DNA from: Demequinaceae bacterium | GTDB taxonomy: Bacteria > Actinomycetota > Actinomycetes > Actinomycetales > Demequinaceae | Direction: 5' to 3' | Assembly: GCA_965250005.1 (NCBI GenBank) | Contig: OZ252279.1 | Span: forward strand, 1,320,001 to 1,352,000 | Length of the DNA: 32,000 nt | Shown: one piece after another, positions 1 through 8,651 of the stretch | Layout of the letters: every line of letters begins with the position of its first letter | Numbering within the stretch: position 1 is the stretch's first letter | Notes under the pieces: generated by a model | Seen by the model: the letters and a program-made list of their open reading frames with translations, nothing else | Database searches by the model: none | Told to the model about the DNA's origin: nothing | Made by a program: the position numbers and the translations under genes

Positions 1-51
1 TGCGAGCAAGAGGTCTCTCAGGCGCTTCGACACTCCACCATCTTCGCAGGC

Positions 52-979
52 CTAGAGCTCGTGAGTTCCTGATGCCGCGCGGGCTTCGCGAGCGAGGCCA
101 TCGGCTACGAGCGTCTCAAAGCACCGGTCCAGTTGCCCTGGCTCCACGTCCTTCAGCTCGACGCGGCCCGTGATGGCGATTGGCCTCGTGCCGTCCCGCA
201 GAGTCGCCATGATCCGGCCGCGAACCTGTCGATCCGTACCGGCCCACGGCTGGGACCGGCGTGGCGCGTCAGCTAAACCGGGCTTGCCCTTCGCAAGCCA
301 CCGGCAGTCGTCTGCTACCGGACAGGCGTCGCAGTTCAGCGATCGGGACGTACAGATCAACGCTCCCAGTTCCATCGCAGCGACGTTCCAGCGAGCAGAC
401 GCTGCGCCGTCGACCGGCACCAGCGCATCGGCCGCGTCGCGCTCAAGCGCGCGTAATGTGGCCAGGAGGCAGCGCCCGGCCGCGCCACACCCTTCCAATC
501 ACGCGCCTCACGTTGGTATCGAGCACCACCGCCCGACGGCCGAACGCGAACGCCATGACCGCCATGACCGCCATGACCGCCGCCGCAGTGTACTCACCTA
601 CGCCAGGCAGCGTGCGCAGGTCCGTCTCGGTGATCGGCACCTCCCCGTCCAAATCGCGCTCGATGGCCTGCGCGCACTCGCGCAGCCACTTGGCTCGACG
701 CGGATACCCTAGCCGCCCCCAAGCTCGCACCACGTCAGCCTGCGGCGCTGCCGCCAGCGCGCCGGGCGTGGGCCACCGCATCATCCACTCGCGCCACAGT
801 GGGAGCGCGCGGTCCACGGGCGTCTGCTGAAGCATGACCTCGCTGACCAAAACTCCCCAAGCGAAAGAATCGGCTTCACGCCACGGAAGCGCCCGGCCCT
901 CGCGGTCGTACCACCTGCCTATTCGCTCCACCACCGCGGCCGTGCGGCGTGTGTTCGGCTCCTGAGATTTCTGCGGCAT
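52..979 (-). pseudogene. mutY: A/G-specific adenine glycosylase MutY, split into two frames (443..979 N-terminal half, 52..498 C-terminal half)
   Basis: N-terminal ORF has EVMLQQTPVDRALPLW, LPGVGEYTAAAV and VLDTNVRRVIGR. The second ORF has the C-X6-C-X2-C-X5-C Fe-S motif CTSRSLNCDACPVADDC. The frames join near 447-453. Confidence 0.85.
552..578. repeat. Three perfect copies of 9-bp unit GCCATGACC inside mutY
   Basis: Direct read: gccatgacc x3, encoding VMAVMAVM on the minus strand. Confidence 0.95.
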
Positions 980-1038
980 GGCTGCAGTGTCCCAGCGCCC
1001 GGCGGCGTTAACGTAGAAGCAGCCCTGAAGGAGGAGCG

Positions 1039-1647
1039 GTGGACGGAATTCAGCGCCCGGTGGGCGATTTGCCCGCAGAGGTCTATTGGCGACGTCGCGT
1101 CGTGGCCATCGGCCTGCTCATCCTCGCGGTGCTGGTGTTGTACTACCTGGTCAAACCCCTCTTTGGATCACCGGAATCGGCCCCGACTCCCACGCCCACT
1201 CCAACACCTTCGCCCAGCGCATCGGCGCCCGTGGATCTCACCACGGCGCGCGCATGCGGCCCCGCCGACTTGACGATAGTGGTCGCCCCTAGCCCACGCG
1301 ACTTTCCCGCCGGCTCCATCCCTCTGTTCAACGTCACCATCAATCACACGGGATTCACGGACTGTGTGCTCGACACCGCCGCGGAAGACGCCCAACTACT
1401 GGTGACCAGCGGAAGCGACCGAATATGGTCCAACATCGACTGCCCCGCTGGAGACCTATTCTCTCCAACCGTCGAACTGCTATCGCCCGACGACACCAGG
1501 GCGCTGACCGTGACATGGCCGCGCATCCGCTCAGACCAGCAGTGCTCGACCACTCTGCCCGCGCCCGGGGCACCTGGCACCTACCGTGCTCTGGTCACAC
1601 TCCAGGGGATCGAAGCTGAAGTCGCGGTCTTCACGTTGAGCAACTAG
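1039..1647 (+). CDS. Hypothetical membrane-anchored protein with Thr/Pro/Ser linker and extracytoplasmic domain
   Basis: Single TM (VVAIGLLILAVLVLYYLV), PTPTPTPTPSPSAS linker, cysteine-containing C-terminal domain. Confidence 0.7.
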   Translation: MDGIQRPVGDLPAEVYWRRRVVAIGLLILAVLVLYYLVKPLFGSPESAPTPTPTPTPSPSASAPVDLTTARACGPADLTIVVAPSPRDFPAGSIPLFNVTINHTGFTDCVLDTAAEDAQLLVTSGSDRIWSNIDCPAGDLFSPTVELLSPDDTRALTVTWPRIRSDQQCSTTLPAPGAPGTYRALVTLQGIEAEVAVFTLSN

Positions 1648-1656
1648 CGCAGCGCT

Positions 1657-3024
1657 TCAATTGGGCAGAGCTAGTTGGACGGCCTGCGCAATGGTGTCGA
1701 CGCGGTGTACCTTGATGGGCGATGGTGGAATGGTCGCGGTACCTGCCGGGACAATCATGTCGGTGAACCCGAGCCTGGCGGCCTCTGCTACGCGTTGAGC
1801 GAGGCCGCGAATGGGCCGAATCTCCCCGGACAACGCAACCTCCCCTACCGCTGCTATTTTTTGTTTGACGGCGCGATCACTGCGCGCGCTTGCGAGCGCC
1901 AACGCAAGAGCAAGGTCTGCGGCAGGCTCGACTACGCGGGCGCCACCAATGGTGCCGACGTAGACGTCCTCCGTTCCCACAGCGAGGCCGGCTCGACGCT
2001 GAAGCACGGCGAGGATCATCGCCACTCGGCTCGCGTCGATCCCCGACGTTGCGCGCCGTGGATTCGCAAGCGCAGACGGCGCCACCAATGCCTGAATCTC
2101 TGCCGGCAGCGGCCGTTTGCCGTCGATGGTGACCGTCACGCACGTGCCCGCCACTTGACGGTCGCCCCCAGAAAGGAACAGCCCCGATGGATCTGCCACG
2201 CCCTCGATCCCGGTGTCGGTGAGCGCAAAGCAACCAACTTCGTCGACCGTCCCAAATCGATTCTTCACCGCGCGCAGCAGCCGCAACGATGAGTGCTGCT
2301 CCCCTTCGAACTGACACACCACATCAACCAGGTGCTCGACGATGCGTGGCCCGGCAACGCTGCCGTCCTTGGTTACGTGCCCCACCAGAACTGTAGGAAT
2401 CCCCTGACGCTTGGCTGCCTGAATAAGTGCACTCGCGACCTCACGAACTTGGCTCACGCCTCCCGGTGTTCCGTCGACCTGCGCCGATGCGATCGCCTGG
2501 ATCGAATCAACCATCAGCAGGCTCGGCTTCACTTGCTCGATGTGCGCGAGCACAGAGCCGAGATCTGTCTCAGCGGCAAGCTTCAGTTCGGGCTCTACTG
2601 CACCGATCCGGTCCGCGCGCAGCCGCACCTGCCCGGCAGACTCTTCTCCCGTCACGTATAGGACGTTCGCGGACGTTCGCGCGGAGCGACCCGCGACGTC
2701 CAAGAGCAGTGTCGATTTGCCGACGCCGGGCTCCCCTGCCAGGAGCACCACGGCTCCCGCAACGAGCCCACCTCCCAGTACCCGGTCGAATTCGTCCACA
2801 CCCGTTGAGTGCCGTTGAGCGCTCGAGACGGAGACCTCGGAGATGGGCACCGCACGCTCACGGACTGATGTCGCCTTGGTTGCCGGACCCGAAGGGGCCG
2901 CCCCGACTTCGAGCACCGTTCCCCACGCCTGACACTCGCCGCACCTCCCGACCCACTTGGCGGCCGTCCAACCGCACTCGGAACAGTGATACGCGGGCTT
3001 GGCGCTCTTTACGCTCGTGGCCAT
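1657..3024 (-). CDS. radA: DNA repair protein RadA
   Basis: N-terminal zinc finger YHCSECGWTAAKWVGRCGECQAWGT, Walker A GEPGVGKSTL, RadA motif KNRFG, Lon-like C-terminus. Confidence 0.97.
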   Translation of the reverse strand: MATSVKSAKPAYHCSECGWTAAKWVGRCGECQAWGTVLEVGAAPSGPATKATSVRERAVPISEVSVSSAQRHSTGVDEFDRVLGGGLVAGAVVLLAGEPGVGKSTLLLDVAGRSARTSANVLYVTGEESAGQVRLRADRIGAVEPELKLAAETDLGSVLAHIEQVKPSLLMVDSIQAIASAQVDGTPGGVSQVREVASALIQAAKRQGIPTVLVGHVTKDGSVAGPRIVEHLVDVVCQFEGEQHSSLRLLRAVKNRFGTVDEVGCFALTDTGIEGVADPSGLFLSGGDRQVAGTCVTVTIDGKRPLPAEIQALVAPSALANPRRATSGIDASRVAMILAVLQRRAGLAVGTEDVYVGTIGGARVVEPAADLALALALASARSDRAVKQKIAAVGEVALSGEIRPIRGLAQRVAEAARLGFTDMIVPAGTATIPPSPIKVHRVDTIAQAVQLALPN

Positions 3025-3105
3025 GAATGCACGCTACCGCCAGGGTGCGACAGTGAAGCATTGCCTAAACGCTCGTATCCAAGACCGAGCGACTACTCTT
3101 GAGCC

Positions 3106-4383
3106 ATGAGCGAGCCGCCAGAGAAACCCTCTTCGCCAGGGTGGAAGCCCGTACTCGGCGATGACGATTCGGAGGCGTCGGCGGCCACGTCCTCGGTACC
3201 GAGTCCGCGGATTCCAAAGCTGGCACCCGAGCCCGCTGCGAGCGAAACATTCCCTGCGACCGGAGCGATTCCGCGCGTCAATTCGCTTAGCAACGGTGCC
3301 CTCTCGGGACCCAGATTCGACCCCCCCGGCTCGGACCAAGACGAGTCCGACGCATCAACGGGCGATCTGGTCAAGGACCTGGGAAGCGCTGCGGTCCACG
3401 GAGCCGTAACCCACAAGGGTGCGTTCGCGAGCATCCCTGCAACCGGCCCGATCAAGACCTTTGCACCTGTCCCACCACCACCGCCACCACTGCCACCGCC
3501 ACCGAGCGCGCCGGTGGCAGTCGCGACCGCGGTTGGCGTCGGCGCTCCCGTCAAGCCAGCACCCCGACCGCCGTCCGGTCCGGTCGCTAGACCCACCTCG
3601 CTTGAGAAACTCGCGCCCTCCACGGAAGTCGTTCAGGGGGCCGAGAAGACGCAGATGGGAACGACGCGCGACGGCCACCTGCCCTTCTTCCGGCGGCTCT
3701 CCGTACTCATCGTCGCAGGCATGCTTGCAGCGGTCGGAATCGGCGCCGGTCTGTACGTCCTGTTCTTCATTCCAGAGCCGGTGGTCCTAGCGCCCCAAGT
3801 CGAGTTGATCCCACGAGACACTCCGGACGCTGCTCCGGTGGTCTTTGACGACCCCAGCAGTTTCCTCGCTGGGATGCCTGCGGCGACCCTAACGTTCTCT
3901 CTCACCGACTACGTCGAGGGCCCGTTGCAAGATCGGGCCAAGTGGCCCGAACGCCATGTCGAGTCGTGGAACTTGACGTACGCGAGCGGGACCGAAACCA
4001 TGACCGTCGCCGCGTTTCAGCATTACCGCGAGGACGACGCGATCGCTGCGTTTGAAGCACTTGCACCAGCTGCTCCGCCAACGGAGGAAGAACTCGCCGA
4101 GGTTGCCGACACCGAGCCAAACGACCATGTCGATCCCGACGCTGAGATAGTTGAAATCGAACTTGTCGAGCGATTCCCGGTCATGGTCGGCAATGTCCAG
4201 GTGGGCGAGAGCGTCAAGACGGCGATCCCGGCAGCAGCGGCCGTCGAGGCGACGGACACCACCGATGCGGTTGAGGCCGTTCCCGAGCTCGCGCAGATCA
4301 TGTGGCGCAATGGCACAGCCGTATTCACCATGATCGCGAGCCCCGACATGATCGACGACCTCTTCATCGAGTACGGCGTCTAA
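3106..4383 (+). CDS. Hypothetical membrane protein with long proline-rich cytoplasmic region and extracytoplasmic domain
   Basis: Open 425-aa ORF with VPPPPPPLPPPPSAP and TM segment LSVLIVAGMLAAVGIGAGLYVLFFI. Confidence 0.7.
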   Translation: MSEPPEKPSSPGWKPVLGDDDSEASAATSSVPSPRIPKLAPEPAASETFPATGAIPRVNSLSNGALSGPRFDPPGSDQDESDASTGDLVKDLGSAAVHGAVTHKGAFASIPATGPIKTFAPVPPPPPPLPPPPSAPVAVATAVGVGAPVKPAPRPPSGPVARPTSLEKLAPSTEVVQGAEKTQMGTTRDGHLPFFRRLSVLIVAGMLAAVGIGAGLYVLFFIPEPVVLAPQVELIPRDTPDAAPVVFDDPSSFLAGMPAATLTFSLTDYVEGPLQDRAKWPERHVESWNLTYASGTETMTVAAFQHYREDDAIAAFEALAPAAPPTEEELAEVADTEPNDHVDPDAEIVEIELVERFPVMVGNVQVGESVKTAIPAAAAVEATDTTDAVEAVPELAQIMWRNGTAVFTMIASPDMIDDLFIEYGV

Positions 4384-4385
4384 CT

Positions 4386-5003
4386 TTGGATCGTGTTCAA
4401 GCCAAGCCGCGGGGCCCACGCGGGGCCCACGCGGACACGCGCGCGGACATTCTCGCGGCAGCGCTCACGCTCTTTGCCGCCGACGGATACGGCGCCACCT
4501 CGGTGCGTTCGATCGCACGTGCGGCGAGCGTAGACCCGTCTCTCGTCCGCCACTATTTCGAGTCCAAATCACTCCTGTTCGTCGCCGCGCTCGGACCTAT
4601 CGAGGCCGTGGCGGAAGGCACATCCCGCATCCTCGCAGGGCCCAGCGAGCAACTGGGCGAGCGCATGGTCCGGTCCTTTCTCGCTGTTTGGGACTCAGAA
4701 GACTTGGGCCCGCGCCTGCGGACGCTGCTCGTGAGCGCGGCGACCGTCCCGGAGGTAGCGGACGTCATGCGCGAGTGGATGATGTCCAATCTCTTTTCAG
4801 CCATCGCGGCCGGGGCCGGTCCCAAGGAAGCGAGCGAGGCCGACGTCGCGGCCCGGGCCACCGCTACCGCCAGTCAAATGGTGGGAATCGCGTTCACTAG
4901 ATATGTCGTACGACTAGAACCAATCGCCTCCGCCAAGACAGAATGGATCGTAGAGCGATATTCAGCGAGTGTTCAGCGGCTGATCACCGGCGATCTGTCG
5001 TAG
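4386..5003 (+). CDS. TetR-family transcriptional regulator (probable TTG start at 4386)
   Basis: HTH region TRADILAAALTLFAADGYGATSVRSIARAASVDPSLVRHYFESKSLLF. The track ORF start at 4302 overlaps the previous gene; TTG at 4386 is in frame. Confidence 0.85.
   Translation: MDRVQAKPRGPRGAHADTRADILAAALTLFAADGYGATSVRSIARAASVDPSLVRHYFESKSLLFVAALGPIEAVAEGTSRILAGPSEQLGERMVRSFLAVWDSEDLGPRLRTLLVSAATVPEVADVMREWMMSNLFSAIAAGAGPKEASEADVAARATATASQMVGIAFTRYVVRLEPIASAKTEWIVERYSASVQRLITGDLS
4408..4434. repeat. 11-bp tandem repeat CGCGGGGCCCA, two full copies plus partial
   Basis: Direct read: cgcggggccca cgcggggccca cgcgg. Confidence 0.9.
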
Positions 5004-5042
5004 CGTTTGACAGCACCACCGAGAGAGAGGATTATTCCTCAC

Positions 5043-5783
5043 ATGGGGAAATCATCGAAGGCGGCGATCTCTATCGCTAATCTGCGCGTCATCCGCGGCG
5101 GAATCGAGGTCATTCCTAACCTTGCGCTCAACGTCCCGCGGGGGGCGCTCGTCGGCCTCCTCGGGCCATCTGGTGGTGGCAAGTCCACACTCATGCGGTC
5201 CATCGTGGGCGCGCAGATCGTGGCCGGCGGCACCGTTACGGTGCTGGGCGAGCCCGCGGGGTCCGCTCCGCTCCGCCACAAGGTCGGCTATGTCACGCAG
5301 GCGCCCAGCGTCTACGAAGACCTAACTGCGCGCGAGAACCTCCAGTACTTCGCCGCACTCGTGGACGCACCCAAAGACGACGTGGCGCATGCGCTCACCG
5401 TCGTTGGCCTCACAGACGTCGCAGACCGCCCGGTCGTGACGCTGTCAGGTGGCCAACTGTCGCGCGTCTCGCTCGGAGTGGCGATGCTCGGCAAGCCTGA
5501 ACTGCTCATCCTCGACGAGCCGACGGTGGGCCTCGACCCGGTCCTCCGCCGCGACCTATGGAACGTGTTTCGCAAGCTCGCCAACGAGGGCACCACTCTG
5601 CTGGTATCAAGCCACGTGATGGACGAGGCAACGCGATGCGACCGCCTACTCATCATGCGCAACGGCGACATCCTCGCTGACGGCACGCTCCCCGAGATCC
5701 TCAAAGAGACTAAGACAAAGGACGCAGAGTCGGCATTCCTCAAACTCGCCGATGCGGCAGACACGGCGGAGGTGGCGGCATGA
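5043..5783 (+). CDS. ABC transporter ATP-binding protein (drug/ABC-2 type)
   Basis: Walker A GPSGGGKS, signature LSGGQLSR, Walker B LLILDEPTVGLDP, H-loop SSHVMDEA. Confidence 0.95.
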   Translation: MGKSSKAAISIANLRVIRGGIEVIPNLALNVPRGALVGLLGPSGGGKSTLMRSIVGAQIVAGGTVTVLGEPAGSAPLRHKVGYVTQAPSVYEDLTARENLQYFAALVDAPKDDVAHALTVVGLTDVADRPVVTLSGGQLSRVSLGVAMLGKPELLILDEPTVGLDPVLRRDLWNVFRKLANEGTTLLVSSHVMDEATRCDRLLIMRNGDILADGTLPEILKETKTKDAESAFLKLADAADTAEVAA

Positions 5784-6532
5784 GCCTCAAACTGACTCTC
5801 GCAACAGCCAAGCGCGTGCTCCAACAGATCCGGCGCGACCGGCGGACAATCGCGCTCTTGCTGTTTGTGCCCCTGGTGTTGCTCGGGCTTCTCAAATGGA
5901 TCTTTGTCGAGGTGCCCGAGGTCGCGGGGCAGCCCGCGCCGTTCGACCTCATTGGCCCCGGGCTGATGGGCCTATTCCCGATGCTGCTGATGTTCATCAT
6001 CACGTCGGTGACGACGCTGCGCGAGCGGACCACCGGCACTATGGAACGGCTCATGGCATCACCCGCTCGCCGTGCGGACATCGTGTTCGGCTACGCGCTT
6101 GCCTTCGGTCTCATCGCCACGGTTCAGGGCATCATCGTCGTCGCCTTCAGCATTGGCGCACTCGGGATGAACTTCACCGGCCCTGTCCTCGCGCTCGGGT
6201 TAATCATCGTGCTCGACGCAATCCTGGGAACGGTTCTCGGCCTAGCGGCGTCCTCGCTCGCAAAGACAGAGTTCCAGGCTGTGCAGATGATGCCCGCCGT
6301 GGTACTGCCCCAATTGCTCCTTGCCGGCCTCTTCATTCCGCGAAGCCAAATGCCGAGAGTCCTTGAAGTCATCTCTGACTTTCTCCCGCTCTCGTACGCG
6401 ACTGATGCGATCCACGAACTCCAGGTGGCCACCACGGCAGGCGCAATATGGGGCGAAGTGGGCGTGTTGTTGGCCTTCATCGTCGGAGCACTGGTCCTAG
6501 CCACTCTGACGTTGCGGCGGCGCACGGGCTAG
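5780..6532 (+). CDS. ABC-2 type transporter permease
   Basis: Overlaps the ATPase by ATGA. Multi-TM protein with RERTTGTMERLMASPARRADIVFGY and FIPRSQMP motifs. Confidence 0.93.
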   Translation: MSLKLTLATAKRVLQQIRRDRRTIALLLFVPLVLLGLLKWIFVEVPEVAGQPAPFDLIGPGLMGLFPMLLMFIITSVTTLRERTTGTMERLMASPARRADIVFGYALAFGLIATVQGIIVVAFSIGALGMNFTGPVLALGLIIVLDAILGTVLGLAASSLAKTEFQAVQMMPAVVLPQLLLAGLFIPRSQMPRVLEVISDFLPLSYATDAIHELQVATTAGAIWGEVGVLLAFIVGALVLATLTLRRRTG

Positions 6533-6596
6533 GTCCTTCGAACGTACCGCGTGCCTTGGGTCCGCTCGACGGCTCGCAGCACGTTAGCCTTTCCCC

Positions 6597-7448
6597 ATGA
6601 GCGAAACGTCTGAGACAGCGCCCGTAGCCCCACGCGTCGCCGTCATCGGCGGCGGCGTCATGGGCGGAACACTCGTGACGGCACTGCGCGTCGCGGGCTG
6701 GCCTTCTGACGGCGTGGTGGTTGCGGAGAAGGACAGCGTGCGCGGCAACGCAATCCGCGAAGCTCACGGCATCGAGGTGGTTTCCGACATAACCGAAGCC
6801 GTCGACGGCGCAGAGGTCGTAATCCTCGCAGTCAAGCCGCAGGACGCGGATGCCGCGCTCAAAGACATCAAAGTCAGTTTCAAAGAGGGCGCGCTGCTGC
6901 TGAGCGTCGCCGCAGGCCTGCCAACTTCCTTCTACGAGGAGCGCTTGGGCAAAGATGCCGTAGTTGTGCGGGCGATGCCGAACACTCCCGCGATCGTCGC
7001 GCGCGGCGCCACCGCCATTGCGCCCGGAAGGAACGCCGCCGACCAACACCTCGGCCTTGTAGAGGGGATTCTGCACGCGACTGGGCTGGTCGTGCGCGTC
7101 AACGAAAAAGACCTCGATGCCGTCACTGCGGTCTCCGGCTCGGGTCCCGCGTACTTCTACGCGATGGTGGAAGCCCTTACCGAGGCTGGTGTCGCGCAAG
7201 GGCTGGACCGCCTGCTCGCCACTCAACTCGCCGCCCAAACATTTGTGGGCGCAGCCCAGTTGCTCACGGAGACCGGGGACACTCCACAGACTCTTCGCAA
7301 GCGGGTTTCGTCTCCCGGAGGCGTTACCTTGGCGGCGCTTGAGGCGATGGAGCACGCAGGACTCCAAGACGTTATCAGCGCCGCCGCCAAAGCGGCGTCC
7401 GCCCGCAGTAGGGAAATGGGCGAAGAGTTTGGCAAAGCAACAAACTAG
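6597..7448 (+). CDS. proC: Pyrroline-5-carboxylate reductase
   Basis: N-terminal Rossmann VIGGGVMGG, AVKPQD, VRAMPNTPA, VSGSGPAYFYAMVEAL, VSSPGGVT. Confidence 0.96.
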   Translation: MSETSETAPVAPRVAVIGGGVMGGTLVTALRVAGWPSDGVVVAEKDSVRGNAIREAHGIEVVSDITEAVDGAEVVILAVKPQDADAALKDIKVSFKEGALLLSVAAGLPTSFYEERLGKDAVVVRAMPNTPAIVARGATAIAPGRNAADQHLGLVEGILHATGLVVRVNEKDLDAVTAVSGSGPAYFYAMVEALTEAGVAQGLDRLLATQLAAQTFVGAAQLLTETGDTPQTLRKRVSSPGGVTLAALEAMEHAGLQDVISAAAKAASARSREMGEEFGKATN

Positions 7449-7466
7449 TTGCTTGTCGGATCCCAG

Positions 7467-8651
7467 ATGAAAATCCTCCACGCACCGGTCAACATAGCGG
7501 GACAGGCATCTGAGTGGGCCGCCGCAATGCGCGAAATCGGCCACGACGCGCAGGTGTGGAGCTTCGCGAAGAGCCGGTACGGTTTCCCCGTCGACAGGAT
7601 CGTTGATTCACCCAGAACGGCGGCTGCTGCGGATGCGCTGGTGACCGAAGCGATCGCCGAAGGCTTCGACGTTGTTCACTTCCACTACGCGCGCACCTTG
7701 GTCGCTCGCGGTCTGGGAGTGGCCGCTATGTCTGACCTTGCGCGCTGGCGTGAATCCGGGGCGCGAGTCGTCATGTCGTTCCACGGCTCGGATGTACGCA
7801 ACGCCGAGCGCGCGATCGCCCACGACGAGTGGCACTACTGCAAGTTCGGCGCGATTGCGCGTGACCCAATTGAGATTGAGGCAGACCTCGCCGCAATCCG
7901 CCCGCACGCGCACGCGATGACGTTCACAAACATCGGCGAGCGGATCCACGTCCCCGACGGCGTCCACCTGCCCACCACAATCAACGTTGAAGCGCTGGCA
8001 TTGCCAGAGCCCGCAAGCCGTCGCGCGCCCCTGATCGTCCACGCCCCAAGCTCGCGCTCTGTCAAGGGTACGAACTTCATACTTGAGTCTCTGGAGCGCC
8101 TCCGCAGGCGCGGCTTGCGATTTGATCTCGACCTGATCGAGAACTGCTCGAACGCAGAGGCTCTGGAACGCATCGCGCATGCGGACATCGTGATGGAAAA
8201 GACGCTCGGATACGGCTACGGCGTCGTAGGCGTCGAAGCAATGAGTCTTGGCAAGGCGCTCGTCACTCGCGTCGGGCAGGAAGCTCTCGACGCGTTCCCA
8301 GATTTGCCACTGTTCACAGCGGACCCTCCTGAACTCGACGACACGCTCGGTGAACTGATTACCAATCACCAACTCCGGGACTCTCGCAGATCGGCTGGGC
8401 GCGCATTCGCGCTGCGGGTGCATTCGCGTGCCGCTGCCGCCGAGAACCTCACGCGCCTATACACGCAGAAGCCCGCACGTACGCCCATCGCAGGACCTGC
8501 GGTCAAACTTGGCGACTACGCCTTGCATCTCGAGCGCCGGCTTCGAGACACCCAAGAAGACCTACGCCGTGCCGAAGCGGAACTGCGCGAGGAGCGGCTG
8601 TCGATGGTATCGCGCGCGCAGAGGAAGTTTCGCCGGAGGTTCCGACGCTAG
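7467..8651 (+). CDS. Glycosyltransferase (GT4-like)
   Basis: MKILHAPVNIAGQ start, DVVHFHYARTL, MSFHGSDVR, TLGYGYGVVGVEAMSLGKALV. Upstream TTG in the ORF track is less likely. Confidence 0.85.
   Translation: MKILHAPVNIAGQASEWAAAMREIGHDAQVWSFAKSRYGFPVDRIVDSPRTAAAADALVTEAIAEGFDVVHFHYARTLVARGLGVAAMSDLARWRESGARVVMSFHGSDVRNAERAIAHDEWHYCKFGAIARDPIEIEADLAAIRPHAHAMTFTNIGERIHVPDGVHLPTTINVEALALPEPASRRAPLIVHAPSSRSVKGTNFILESLERLRRRGLRFDLDLIENCSNAEALERIAHADIVMEKTLGYGYGVVGVEAMSLGKALVTRVGQEALDAFPDLPLFTADPPELDDTLGELITNHQLRDSRRSAGRAFALRVHSRAAAAENLTRLYTQKPARTPIAGPAVKLGDYALHLERRLRDTQEDLRRAEAELREERLSMVSRAQRKFRRRFRR

Noticed and set aside
1143-1343. CCCACGCCCACTCC-rich repeat tract as a regulatory or CRISPR-like repeat
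   Set aside because: It is the coding sequence of a Thr/Pro linker in a membrane-anchored protein. No spacer structure.
3093-3623. 176-aa minus-strand ORF opposite the proline-rich protein
   Set aside because: Low-complexity Gly-rich antisense product typical of GC-rich frames. The plus-strand gene has a clear TM and coherent domain structure.
4302-4385. ORF-track extension of the TetR gene upstream to ATG 4302
   Set aside because: It overlaps the preceding gene by 82 bp and encodes an Arg/His-rich stretch unlike TetR N-termini. TTG 4386 fits better.
6477-7544. 355-aa minus-strand ORF opposite proC
   Set aside because: Fully antisense to an unmistakable ProC. No recognisable motif, and composition is typical of a mirror frame.
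7608-8423. 271-aa minus-strand ORF opposite the glycosyltransferase
   Set aside because: Shadow ORF of a GT gene with good motifs. No independent protein signature.
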